Shown: piece by piece, positions 14,601 through 26,800 of the stretch | Numbering within the stretch: position 1 is the first letter of the stretch | Layout of the letters: each line of letters starts with the position of its first letter | DNA from: Mytilus trossulus | Taxonomy: Eukaryota | Length of the DNA: 64,000 nt | NCBI RefSeq assembly: GCF_036588685.1 | Contig: NC_086373.1 | Span: forward strand, 39,742,001 to 39,806,000 | Direction of reading: 5' to 3' | Position numbers and translations under genes: made by a program | Notes under the pieces: generated by a model | Databases searched by the model: none | Told to the model about the DNA's origin: nothing | What the model saw: only the letters and a program-made list of their open reading frames with translations

Positions 14601-15455
14601 CTCATAACCAGAAGAATAATCTGAAACAAAATTCAAAATAGTATACATATTCCAACTTCTGATTCAAAAAGTCGATATGACGAGTTTAATGAAATATTGG
14701 TATTTAAGGCTTTTTTTAACGAGGAAACAGTAGTAATAACCTCACATAGGCGTAAAGAAAACACGTAGTATGAGAGAACATGTTATCTTTAGCAAAACAG
14801 TCTCTTTTAAAATTGTTCGATCTTACGCTTTAGAATCATAATAAAATTGAGAGTGAAAATGGGGAATGTGTCAAGAGAAAACAACCCAACCATAGAACAG
14901 ACAACAGCAGAAGGTCACCAATAGGTTATCATAATAAGTTTATTCAAATAATGAATGAGGAAGGAACACTCAATTTAAACCTAAAAGTTAGCATTAAAAT
15001 ATTGACTGCATCCTTTTTTTATTTGAGTATGACCTGGGACTGTAATACACTAACTAGTAAAATGGTCCCAGGTATGACAAAAAGCTATTATATTTAATTG
15101 AATAAAACTTCAAAACGATTACAACAAACATTTTAACGTACGTAAGAATTTAACCAATCTTCTATATAGCTTTCTGGTCTTACAAATCACCAATTGGTTG
15201 TAAGTCAGTATGTCTGGTAAAAAGTGTTAGATCGATATTTCCAGTCTATTTCATACGATTTCCCCATTAAAAAAATCATAAACAAATTGTGCTTGTTATA
15301 ATTTGTCTTTCGAAATAAAAAGCTAAGGCATACATATAAAGTTTAATGCCTACATGTGTAAATGCACGTTGTGCCAATGAATAATCCTTACCATTTGTGT
15401 AGCCCTGCTCTTCTTCAGTTGGAATCAGTTGAGTGTTGGATTCGCTTCTTTCCAT
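11639..15455 (-). CDS. BTB/POZ-domain protein, serine-enriched protein (gprs)-like, about 248 aa, 5 exons
   Basis: Exons 15455-15392, 14620-14341, 13669-13461, 12953-12796, 11674-11639 (747 nt, in frame, GT-AG). BTB signature LRYIISMPELCDVTFLIG...VYGVKAIMGTRSRVLY...FQKIVEYLHCGTVDI...GLLCGASQFELGDLRTACLDYI; AATAAA follows the stop. Confidence 0.85.
14035..14152. repeat. 36-bp minisatellite, about 3.3 copies, in an intron of the BTB gene
   Basis: TTGTACAGAATTTAGCGTTTTCAGATGCTAYCATNN starts at 14035, 14071, 14107 and 14143. Confidence 0.95.
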
Positions 15456-17421
15456 TCTCAAATCTTAATATTTAGCACTAATTATAAAAAACACTGTGTG
15501 TAGCACTTTTAATATCCGAATAAAAATATTATATTTCGGGGGATATATATAATATGATGACACTAAACTGCTATCAAAACAATGAACGTTCAGCAAAAAA
15601 TGAAAGTCTTCTTTGATGGCTTCCTATCTTTTTGATTCATAGAATAAAACGTCTTTGACAAAGACTCAAATGTGTTGTTGTTTGTTTAGGAATTTGTCAG
15701 TGTGAATTTCGCACGTATTATGATTTAATCACAATGAAAACATATAATTTTAAATCGGGGCAATTAGTGACCATCGAATGGATTACACATTAATTATCAG
15801 ATTGTTTCATAATAGTGTAAAAACAGAATGAGATGACCAAATTAAATTAAGATGGCAGATTATGAAATAATATTTGATAATCGAAAGTTCTAATAAAACA
15901 TGTCCAAACAACGTTAAAATTATATCCAATGACACTTTATGTCATAAAAATTAATCTAAACAATTAAGAACAAATTAAAGTGTATCACACTATCAATGGT
16001 CATTTCCATTCGAAATAAACAAAACAAAAACTGTACTTTGTGCTGTTATATACAGTTTTATACAGTTTTAAAAATATATAAAGCGTATATATTTTTAAAA
16101 CAAATCTTTTAATACTATCAATTTTTTTTTCTGTTCAAACTTTTTAAAACTAGCATAGTTTTCTTTTTTCTCCATTTTTACTTTCAAAGTGCAACATATT
16201 TTTACTCTAAAGCTTTAAAAGTTTAATACATACTATTTTTCTAATAATCATAGTTTTTACCAAATCAAAAGCAATGAACTAATACATGTTTGGTCTTTAT
16301 GTTTTATTATTAGAAGAATGGTGTTTGTATGCCGTATCATTGAAATATACATCGCAGCAAATATCCATCTATTATAGATGTCCTTAACTGTATCATTAGG
16401 GTTTTGTCTCACAAACCTAAAAACACCATCTCTATTAATTCATCTCCATAAATACCATTTTTTGCCCCATTTATACTGATAATAATTTTACTTCAATAAT
16501 GTGTCCTTTGTTGCAATATATACAACAAAGACATATATACGTATGTCTCCATATACACCAATACTTATTTCAACTGTTTAAGTTTCCTACTCCTTGTAAT
16601 AATACTCCGACTGAACATAGAACACATAAACATTTATGTTGAAATAAGTTTCATATTTTTTATTTGGCATCTCTTGTTAATATATTCCGTAACTAAATTA
16701 TCTTACTTGATTAGGGTACTAACAACTCATGTGTTATCGTCCAGTGGCTAATATTATACGTCCATAAGAAAGACAATATACGAACCATTTTAACAGCCAA
16801 TAGAACAAGATGGCATGCATGTGGAATACAATTGGTCTGGCTACAGACTACCTACGGACTCATTAAGAGTCTTTAGTTTTTTTCTTATGCAGAGGGCATG
16901 GCAATATCTCTACATAAGACTATAGATTTAACATCCACATATACTAATTAGGCGTGGCTTCATCCCACACAACTAACAATTGGGACGCCAAACTTAAGCA
17001 AGGATGCAGCAAATTTTGAAAGTAAACATTATTTTAGACATATTTTGTTAAAAGAGCGAATTAATTTTAGTCAACGGTTTAGTAGTTGCTGATACAAGAT
17101 ATTTACACAGAGTTACAAAATCACAACTGAAAATGTGAATATTTTCAGCTGAAGTTTGGGCCTCATAACTGGAGACTTTTTAGACATTTTTATCGAACTT
17201 TTCAGCTGTCTTTTTTTTCATATAAAGCTACATATTTCTGATGTAATAGTATTAATAAGGGAAAACTATTATTATCATTAATCAAGGATTTCTTTACAAA
17301 TTTTTGCATTAATGTTATCTCTTAACAAGATATATGTGAATTCTAAAATCACCTTTCTATTTTGCCTTTGTCATGTTAAAAATTGACGAAACACATATTA
17401 TGACATCTGTAAACGCCAAAT

Positions 17422-17815
17422 ATGTCACTAACAGTAAATAAGCCCAAAGTATTTGTGATCGGTCACAGTTTCATCCGTAGATTGGAAAACTGGATGTTAA
17501 GAACGCAATCCGACTTATCAAGTTCTGTCGAAACAAAGCTTCATGGCCAGGGGGTAGACAGGAGAAAAGTACAACTCGCAAAAGATGTCAAGCGCTTAAA
17601 AATGTAGGTGTTCCTTCTGATATTATAGACTAAAAAGAAGATTAATAAAGAACTCAGCAACATAAAGTTAAGTAGCGTCAAGTATTGGAGACATCAAAGC
17701 ACGTGGCAGAAGACTAAATACTTTGATAAAGACGGGGAACATCTAAATAATGATGGACACTTTAAATTCTTCTGTTCTATTCGCATGTGTGCAAAACTGT
17801 ACTTAACAAATAAAT
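17422..17815 (+). pseudogene. SGNH/GDSL hydrolase-like remnant, probably transposon-derived
   Basis: Block I VFVIGHSFIRRL at the start and block V KYWRH...FDKDGEHLNNDGHFKF in another frame at about 17680-17790; the middle is deleted or frameshifted. Confidence 0.6.
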
Positions 17816-18507
17816 ATAGATATGTATGTTCATCAATAGGTCTTTATATTATTTTGTAAGTAACCCACGACTCATATTATTATTATATATTGATATAAGG
17901 TTACAAAACGTCTCAGGTACGAAACGACCTAGTAAGTTACGAATCGACTAGTTACAAAACCACCTGCACCCATTATGACAAAGTCCTCTATTTTTTTTGT
18001 ACAGGAAAGTCAATAAACAATTACATTAAAGGGCCAAACATATACATTAATTTAAAAATCAGGATGAAAAAGTTTTTTTTATTCATAAAGGGGCAGACCT
18101 CTAGAAAGGTTAAAGTGATGCTACAAAAATTCAAAATTGACCTGTGTTTTGTGGTAATAAGCCTTGTGTATAAGTTTCATAACATTTTGTTGAGGCAAGC
18201 TCAAAAGTTGGAGACTGGAAACCAATTTGGGATGTATGGACAAGGGTAAAACTTAATGCCCTCTCCACTATGGCAAAATCGGGGGGGGGGGGGGGGGGGG
18301 GGGTAAAAATAATAAACAATGTTATCTGTAGCTGCATGTGAAGTCATCAAAACTCTTCAGTAATCAAATGTCGTGTGTACGTTAGTTGGTCACCCTAAGT
18401 GAATGAGTGGGGTATCAGAACTGTATGTCATTATGTTATACCTTATATAGAAACAATAAACTAGAACTTTAATTGAACCTCAACTTAGATAAAAGATTTG
18501 TTTTTAA

Positions 18508-19525
18508 TTATGCCCCACCTACGATAGTAGAGGGGCATTATGTTTTTTGATTTGTGCGTCCGTTCGTCCGTCCGTCCGTCTGTTACACTTCAGGTTAAAG
18601 TTTTTGGTCAAGGTAGTTTTTGATGAAGTTGAAGTCCAATCAACTTGAAACTTAGTATACATGTTCCCTTTGATAAGATCATTTTAATGCCAAATTAGAG
18701 AATTTATTCCAATTTCACGGTCCAGTAAACATAGACAAGAGGCTGTCACAACGACAGCAAACCGGATTTATTAACATTTATTTGTGTCCTGGCAATATCA
18801 CAAGAACCATTACTGATGATTGGTGAAAGTGAAAATCGTCAATATCAAATTTGACCTCCATTTTGTCATCAGTATCAACATATTAAAATTTGAAAAGCTT
18901 TGGATGAATGGTTCATGAGTAAATGCAACAACGTGAATGGAAAAGCTATTTTACTATCTTTCAAGAACTATAACTCCTGAACGGTAAAAGTCAAAATCGT
19001 CATTATTGAACTTGACCTCTATTTTGTCATCAGTAACAACATATTAAAATTTAAAAAGCTTTGGTTGAATGGTTCATGAGAAAATGCACGGACACGACTG
19101 GAAACACCATTTTTCAATATTTCAAGAACCATAACTCCTGAACAGTAAAAGTCAAAATCGTCATTATTGAACTTGACCTCCATTTTGTCATCAGTAACAT
19201 ATTAAAATTTGTGAAGCTTTGGAAGAACAGTTCATGCGTAAATGCACGGACTGGAAACGCCATTTTACAATCTTTCAAGAACCATAACTCCTGAAGGGTA
19301 AAAGTCAAAATCGCCATTATCGAACTTGACCTTCATTTAGTTGACAGTAACAACATATTAAAATTTTAAAAGCTTTGTTTGAACGGTTCATGAGTTAATG
19401 CACGGACAACATTTGATTGCTGCCCCCGACCATCTCCAAATCAATAACCAACATTTTTGTCACAAAAATCCGGTTAAAAATGATAGTGCAAGTTGGGCAT
19501 CCGTGTACTGTGGACACATTCTTGT
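18508..19525 (-). mobile_element. Helentron/DINE-1-like non-autonomous element (HINE-type) with a nested second element
   Basis: Terminal hairpin ATGCCCC-ACCTACGATAGTAGA-GGGGCAT, (GTCC)n microsatellite, opposite end ACACATTCTTGTT. Family copies at about 13085-13357, 23604-23903 and 24661-24965. Confidence 0.7.
18735..19480 (+). mobile_element. HINE/pearl-type element carrying about 4 tandem 153-161-bp satellite monomers
   Basis: Subterminal inverted repeats AACCGGATTT/AAATCCGGTT, 3' hairpin TTTTTGTCACAAAAA; the anchor TTGACC recurs at 18851, 19012, 19173 and 19326. Confidence 0.75.
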
Positions 19526-19692
19526 TGTTGTTGACTCAAGTTCAATCCAATGCCTAGTGTAGATAGAATGCCACCCTTTCTGCATGTTAAGAAACTTGCA
19601 ACAACTTTTTGAGGAAATTGAAAGTCATCTACTGAAATGCCAATTTTTTTTCCGATTCAATGAACTTCCATTTTCCAATGCATGGCATATCC

Positions 19693-19999
19693 AAAGGAGT
19701 AGGTAGCTGCATTCGTGTTCATCCTTAATATTGAAATGTAAGTTGTATTTTATGTGCGCCCACTTTCATTTTTGACAAAAAACATCTGAAATATGTCGTT
19801 TTTTGGCATATTTGAGAGATTTTTCATATTTGAGCTTGAATTGGACCTTTTTTAATGACTAAATCAGTTAAAATCTTTCAGAAAAACTAATTGAATCAAG
19901 TGAAATAGACACCTAAGTGTTTAAAAAGTGGTCAAAATCTTTCGTCAGACGAAACTGAAATTTGAGGCCAAAATGAGTCCTTACCAGACCTACTCCTTT
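19693..19999. mobile_element. MITE with 12-bp TIRs
   Basis: AAAGGAGTAGGT ... ACCTACTCCTTT. Confidence 0.65.
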
Positions 20000-20878
20000 C
20001 AAGACCTTCATTCTGGATAACCACTAATTGTTTTTGGCCTCAACATGCATGAACTATTTGCCACTAGACATTTAGCAATCAATAAATCAAACAACTAGCT
20101 TTCAGTAACTTCTAGTACTCTCAGATCTACGTGTAATGACCATAATTATACGTTTTTAAAGCAGGTAGGCATTTACAGAACAGGATGTAAGGAAATCTAA
20201 ATTTCATGAACTTTGTAAGATAGTTTGAACACAACAGAACTTGTTTTTGATGAATTGACTGTGTGTGTGTGTATGTTTTTGTGTGGCTGGGAGAGGGTTA
20301 AGAATTTAGAATCAAAAGTTGAATGGTCAATGCGTAGTCCTAAAGTTAGTGCTTTTATGTAGTAGTCTCAGTATTTACATACAATGTAGGATCATCTATT
20401 TGCTTTATTAAAAGATGTACATATCAATTGTGTTCAATCAGAAACAGGTTGTGCTGCTTTATAAAGGGCTTTGCTGGGCAATCCATATTTGTTATATCGA
20501 TATTTAAAAAAAATCTATTTCCGATTGCACTGACAGTTGATCAGCCAGATGTTATTGTAGAATTATGTTTATTTTTTCAACATTCTTTTTTGTTTAAGCT
20601 GCCCCAATACCCCCAGACACAATTTATGCCTACGGTTTATTGGATATCTAGCTACACCCCTGCTAGGAGTTTAATAGTTTTATTTAAAAACTTTTGTGAT
20701 AATTGCACCTGATGTATATTTTTTTGTATTGGTAGACATGGTAGAAAATTTGTATTATTTCCCCCTTTCAAGTAAAGGTATTTGCAGTATTTTTAACCTA
20801 AATAAATCTGCAAATATAGTGCTGCTCCAAGTTGAAAAAATATATTTCAGTGTCATTTTATTTAAAAACATCCAACAA

Positions 20879-23800
20879 CTATCCCAGTACATTAAAGTCA
20901 TAGTCTCCATCAGCGTCCTCACCAGTTCCCATCGTCAGAGATCCCATTAATGTATCAGATAATGCCTTGGATACTTTATCTGAAACAAATAACATAAAAC
21001 ATGAATTAACATTTACAAATAATTGTTGTAGTAGTGACATCTATTACATGTGTTTATATCTATTTTGTTCCCTTCATAAATTTTATGTTCAGTAACAACT
21101 GTATTTCAGTAGGTTTAAGTTTTGATTAAAGGTAACTGGAAACTGTTTATTATATTTTCTAAATTAGTGTTTTGACTAAGCTGTAATAGTGAAAGGGTGC
21201 ATGACATATTTTCTTATTTTTTTGTAGGATACCATATTTTGTCCAAACACTAAAGCCATGCACCCTTTCACTATTACAGTTTAGTCAAAACACTAATTTA
21301 GAAAATATAATAAACAGTTTCCAGTTACCTTTAAACATCTTCTTTTTTATACAATAACAGCAATGTTCAGTGTATGTATTTACACCAACAAAATTATTTC
21401 TGATAATCTCGGAAGGGAAATTTTTTTGAAACCGCCAAAATATTTCATATACCTTATTCGATGAAAATCACAAAAATTTACACTTGGGGAAAATAACCCT
21501 CTATATGGTACAAGGACAGACATACATGAATGCACAGAACTGAAAACATAATGCCTCTATCATAGAAAGGGGACAGATGAATCCACAGTATTTACTAAAA
21601 TGCATACCTGCTTTCTTCCTATTTTTTTTCATCTTCTTATAATCATCTTTCCGTTTCTTATTCTGTTGTAATATCGTATCCAGACTGTCATTTAAAAGTT
21701 CTTCAGTTTTTGACTTTTTAGATTTCTTTGTTGCAGCAGCAGCAGCTGTAACTACAGCCTTTCTTGATGATCGTCTTACTGCAACCTGAGTTACTTCTAC
21801 TCTTCTTAACTGAAAATATAAAAAATATTATAAACAGTCATCTATAGCAGATGAGCATGTTGTACATGAATAATAGAGGTTTTAACAGTCACCAAAGACA
21901 TCAGTCTTATAATTAAGTAGACAAAAACAACACATTGCAGTTGAAATACCAAACCTGCCTTAATAAGCCATCTATGCCTTACTATTACTATTGAGGGAAA
22001 TCTAAACTTGTATTGGATAGGAAGACTTTTTCCTTTCAAAATTTAAATCACAATTTGAAAGGATCTTTCTTGTGTATGCATTCCCCAAATTTTATTAGAA
22101 TGAGTTTGATTAGAGCAAAAATAACTTCCACAGAAATAAATGAAATATAGCAGATACTATGGATTCATTATTATTCGTTGGATACCAATTTTTTATGGGT
22201 TTGGTGGGTACAAGTGAACCACGAATTTACATGTTAAACGAATTACATATTTTCTATGGCTTGGTGTACACAGATTGACAAAACAACGAAATAAAATATC
22301 TACAAATATGCAAGTTTTCCTCAATCCACGAAAATTGATACCCACAAAAATAAATGAATCCACAGTACTGCCTTACACAACAATATTGAATACAGCAATA
22401 GTTTATTTGATTTTCGATAAAGTAAGACATTATTACTGTAAAATTGTAACTTCTAAAAGTCTGTTTAGGTTTAAATGTGCTGTTATTTTTACATTTTTAC
22501 ATTTGCATAAGATTTTTTTTCTTCATAATGACTATTTACCACAACAGAGTATATAACAACTTTACTACCAGAATCAATGAGGATCTCCCACTGTCAGGGG
22601 ACATGTTAATCAAAACTTTTACGATTGATCACAGAAACCTAGTATCAGCTAAAATCATCTTAAAACATTGCCAGTCTATTCATTCACAGATGTAGTCAGC
22701 AGCTAGTTTTTCATTGGCTAGAATAATTTTACTATGCACAAGTTTGTATTTTGAATCAGTCTTATATTGTCTGCAACATCTAAACTAATTCCTAAACCTT
22801 TGGGACCATAACCCCCAAAATCTATCCCAACCTTCCTTTTGTAGTTATAAACATTGTGTTAAAATTTATTGATTTCTATTTAATTATACAAAAGTAAATA
22901 TCTAGAAATTATCTGTCTTCGGATGACGCTGATGACGACCAAGTGATACCAATATATGACCAATTTAAAAAAAAATGTTTGTGGTCATATAAAAAGAAGC
23001 GATAAAATTCTATCAGGGTATAAAAGGATAATCACCTCTTCTGCTTCATCTTCCTCATTCTCCATCATTTCATCTGATTCTTCGTCATTATCGTCATCTT
23101 CTTTGTCCATTTCCTCATCTTTTTTCTCATTAGCTTTCACATATGAATCAATCTCTGAATCGTCCATGATTGCCTTGGCCGGACCTAATGACTCTACTAA
23201 CATGTGCTTACTACTTTTACAATCCAAGCCTGTATATTAATGGTAAAATATCGTAAATGCCATAATTTTGGTGTCACTCTTATAAAACAAATTTAACAGT
23301 GAATCAAATTTTAAGGTCAGAAAATGGATATATCTGAATAAAGAGCAGGAAATCTGATTTGCCACTTTAAAAAGAGAGTTTGTTTGATGAGGGAAGACAT
23401 TTTGCCTGGTAACACACAACATTTAGACTTATCGAAGAGTTGTTGAAAGGGTTCCTTAATAATATTATAGAGCCAAAGACTATCCCAACATAGAATATCA
23501 GATTAAACATCATAAATATTGATACACTTTTTGAAAAAGTTTTCCACAGTGATCAATTTTAATATATAAAATTTATACAAATGGTAAGATATACCAAGTC
23601 CAAACAAGAATGTGTCCACAGTACACGGATGCCCCACTCGCACTATCATTTTCTATGTTTAGTGGACCCTGAAATTGGAATAAATCCTCTAATATGGCAT
23701 TTAAATTAGAATGATCTTATCAAAGGGAACATGTTTACTAAGTTTCAAGTTGATTGAACTTCAACTTCATCAAAAACTACCTTGACCAAAAACTTTAACC

Positions 23801-26800
23801 TGAAGCGGAACAGACGGATGAACCAACGGACAGACGAACGAACAGACGGACGCACAGACCAGAAAACATAATGCCCCTCTACTATTGTAGGTGAGGCATA
23901 AAAAGACAATTTTAAAGCACAATCTGAAATTGACACTATTCAATCTGTTCTTGTAAATATTATCATTACCTTGTAATGTTTTCTGTTCCACCTCTATCAG
24001 ATCATCTATACTGAATTCTTTGCCCATCTGTGTCACAAGGGATGCACTCACGTGTGTTGGTAGTGTATGTTGTTCAGGAGGATGTGTGAAATATTTTATT
24101 TTACCACTGAAATATAATAGATGTATTTTAAGATACTTTATAATATGGATGCTTTTTCTTTTCCCCAGTTATTTTATTCATATGACAACTTATTCAAAAC
24201 AAAAAATGTAAACTTGAAGGTCTGACTTTGCAAACAGCTCAAAGGTTTAATTTTTTAAAATGAAATTTTCATAGAGCACTTCACATGTGACATGAGCTGA
24301 GGTCAATTTTGAGTTACTTTTCTGTATGAACTTTTACATCTAACAAGATTGCAACAGCTTAGGTAAGCCATATTAACAAAACTATACATTGTAGAGTAAG
24401 AAACTACTATGAGCACATTTATTTTGATTTTCAACAGCAAAAATTATATTTATTAATATAATTTTATCAATTTTGCTGTAAACAAATAATGTTTTGGTCT
24501 AGTGTAGATTTATAAATGTAAGTTCTAATTGATACTAAAATCAATTTGTAAAAGTCATAATATCAAACATTGCAAAAATTTTAAATACACAGTATTTAAG
24601 TGTTATTTTGATATTACTTGACCTAAAATATCTGAAGGTATCTCTTTTAAAAAAAACCATAAAAACAATAATTTGTCCCAAGTACACGGATGCCCCACTG
24701 GCACTCATAGGGAACATGTCCATTTCCTCATCTTTTTTCTCATTAGCTTTCACATATGAATCAATCTCTGAATCGTCCATGATAGCTTAGGCTGGACCTA
24801 ATGACTCTACCAACATGTGCTTACTACTTTTACAATTAATAAAAAAGTTTTTAAAAAAACCTTGACCAAAAACTTTAACCTGAAGCGCACGAACAGACGG
24901 ATGAACAAACAGAGGCACAGACCAGAAAACATAATGCCCCTCTACTATCGTAGGTGGTACATAATATTCCTACATAAAAAGAAACTCAACAGAAAACAAA
25001 AAAATTCTTAGTTACACACAGATTTACTTCCAATGCAAAAGATTTGGATTTCAAATAATAAATATTATGTTCTATATATCAAAACATCAATAATTGCTTA
25101 TAATTATATCCTTATTCTTACCATGTCCAATCTTGTATAATAGATCTAGCAGCTTTGTTTTTATCTGGGATCCCTCCTTTCCTTAATCTCCCCATCCTTC
25201 TCGCCAGGAGAGCTAAAAACTCGTCTATATCTTTATAATCAGGAATATTATAATGTAAAATCATCTGAAAATATCAAATTTTCATATTTACATAAAAAAA
25301 TATTAGCATTTAAAATGCACATAATACATATATATATATTAACACTGTGTACAAACTGATGAAAAAGGTAAATAATGATCAATATGATGGATTATGGACC
25401 AGCAATATTCTATGTTAGACTAATAGTGCGGTGACAGAAGTGTAAAAAGACGTCTAGATCGCGAGTTTAATCTCCCCAAATAACACACGGCTAAAAATGG
25501 TCTTAACTTAAAGACAAATATGTCTTCTTTCGTTTTTGCCCTGTCGTCAAAATTTCGTACGGTCACATTTTTCTAAAAAGTCGTTTTAATGACTAGCAGT
25601 ATATTGGAGAGTTTCAACCCCCCTTTTTCAAAATGAAAAATTGTGTATGTTTGCTTAAATTTAATTGAAATAGTTTTTCCTGGAGCTATATTTATATGTC
25701 AAAATATTCTATTCTGTATTTTATTTTCTTCTAATCTATAAAATTTGCGAAGTTTGGACTGTTTAAAATTGAGGTAATTTTAATTGCAAATTTAGACACA
25801 AACTTCAGTTTCTTCTTCATAGTAGTTATGAAGATTATCCCATTATATTTTTAGCATATAGTAATTCATAAAACTAATAAGTGATAAAAATTTCGGAACC
25901 AAAATATGAAAGAAACCTTCAGAAATCAATGGAATAAGAATGAGAGGAAAACTTCAATTTCAACACGGAACTGAATCACTTGCCTTCCGTCACATTTTGT
26001 GTATTAGTCAATAATTTGCTCTCAACTGATACATGGAATTTATACCTTTTTATTTATTATATACACATATTTTCATTATTGAACACTGATATATGCCACA
26101 CACGTTGTTTGAATATGTTTATATTCTATGTTTTTTTGTTATAAAACATCAAATATACTTTGTCAGAAAAGTCTTATTGTAAAATCAAAATAATTGACGG
26201 ATAGTTTCAGTAAATATTCCGTGATATATTAATTACGTTGCAACTTGCTCCATTAAGTCCAAAGAAAAGACAAAAAAGTCGTTAAATTTTATGCAGACGT
26301 GCTTAAAAAAATCCACTGAAATTTGAATCAGATGAGCGTATTAAGAATGTTTTATACGTGTCAAATAAGGTTAAAGTTAAAACAGGTTCCCGTCCATCTT
26401 TTAAATTCCAAGCACTGTCATTTTAGTTGCATTACAAATTATTTGCTAATAACGAAAAAAAAATCCAAACCCGTGGAAGAAGATATCTCAGATCACGATA
26501 CTGCTTTTACTAAAAAAAATGTTGGCTTTTGAAAACAATTTAATGGTAATTCCCATGACACCGTTACTTGATAAATATAGATCTTTCCTTCCTGCTGATT
26601 CAGATTCAAAATAATCTACTTGTAAAATGTAGTCTAAACTCATTTCGGCTGTTGTCTGCTCTATGGTCGGGTTGTTGTCGCTTTGACATTCACCATTTCC
26701 TTTCTCAATTTTATCATTTGATTTTTATGGAAATTCAGTTGTCAAACAATTTCAACAAGTTCAAGGCAAATATAACAATATCTAGTAGCAAAAAAACTAT

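Noticed and set aside
23317-23515. C/D snoRNA candidate (AUGAUG...CUGA) in GNL3 intron 14
   Set aside because: Imperfect C box, about 200 nt long, no terminal stem, and only about 9 nt of possible rRNA complementarity
24541-24780. [19 protein letters not shown] as an alternative or mutually exclusive GNL3 exon
   Set aside because: The copy lacks the acceptor and donor, contains an in-frame TAA and is embedded in a repeat
25345-25423. H/ACA snoRNA split by the Academ insertion (other half at 28734-28790)
   Set aside because: Stems are short and AT-rich; cannot be distinguished from chance without comparative data
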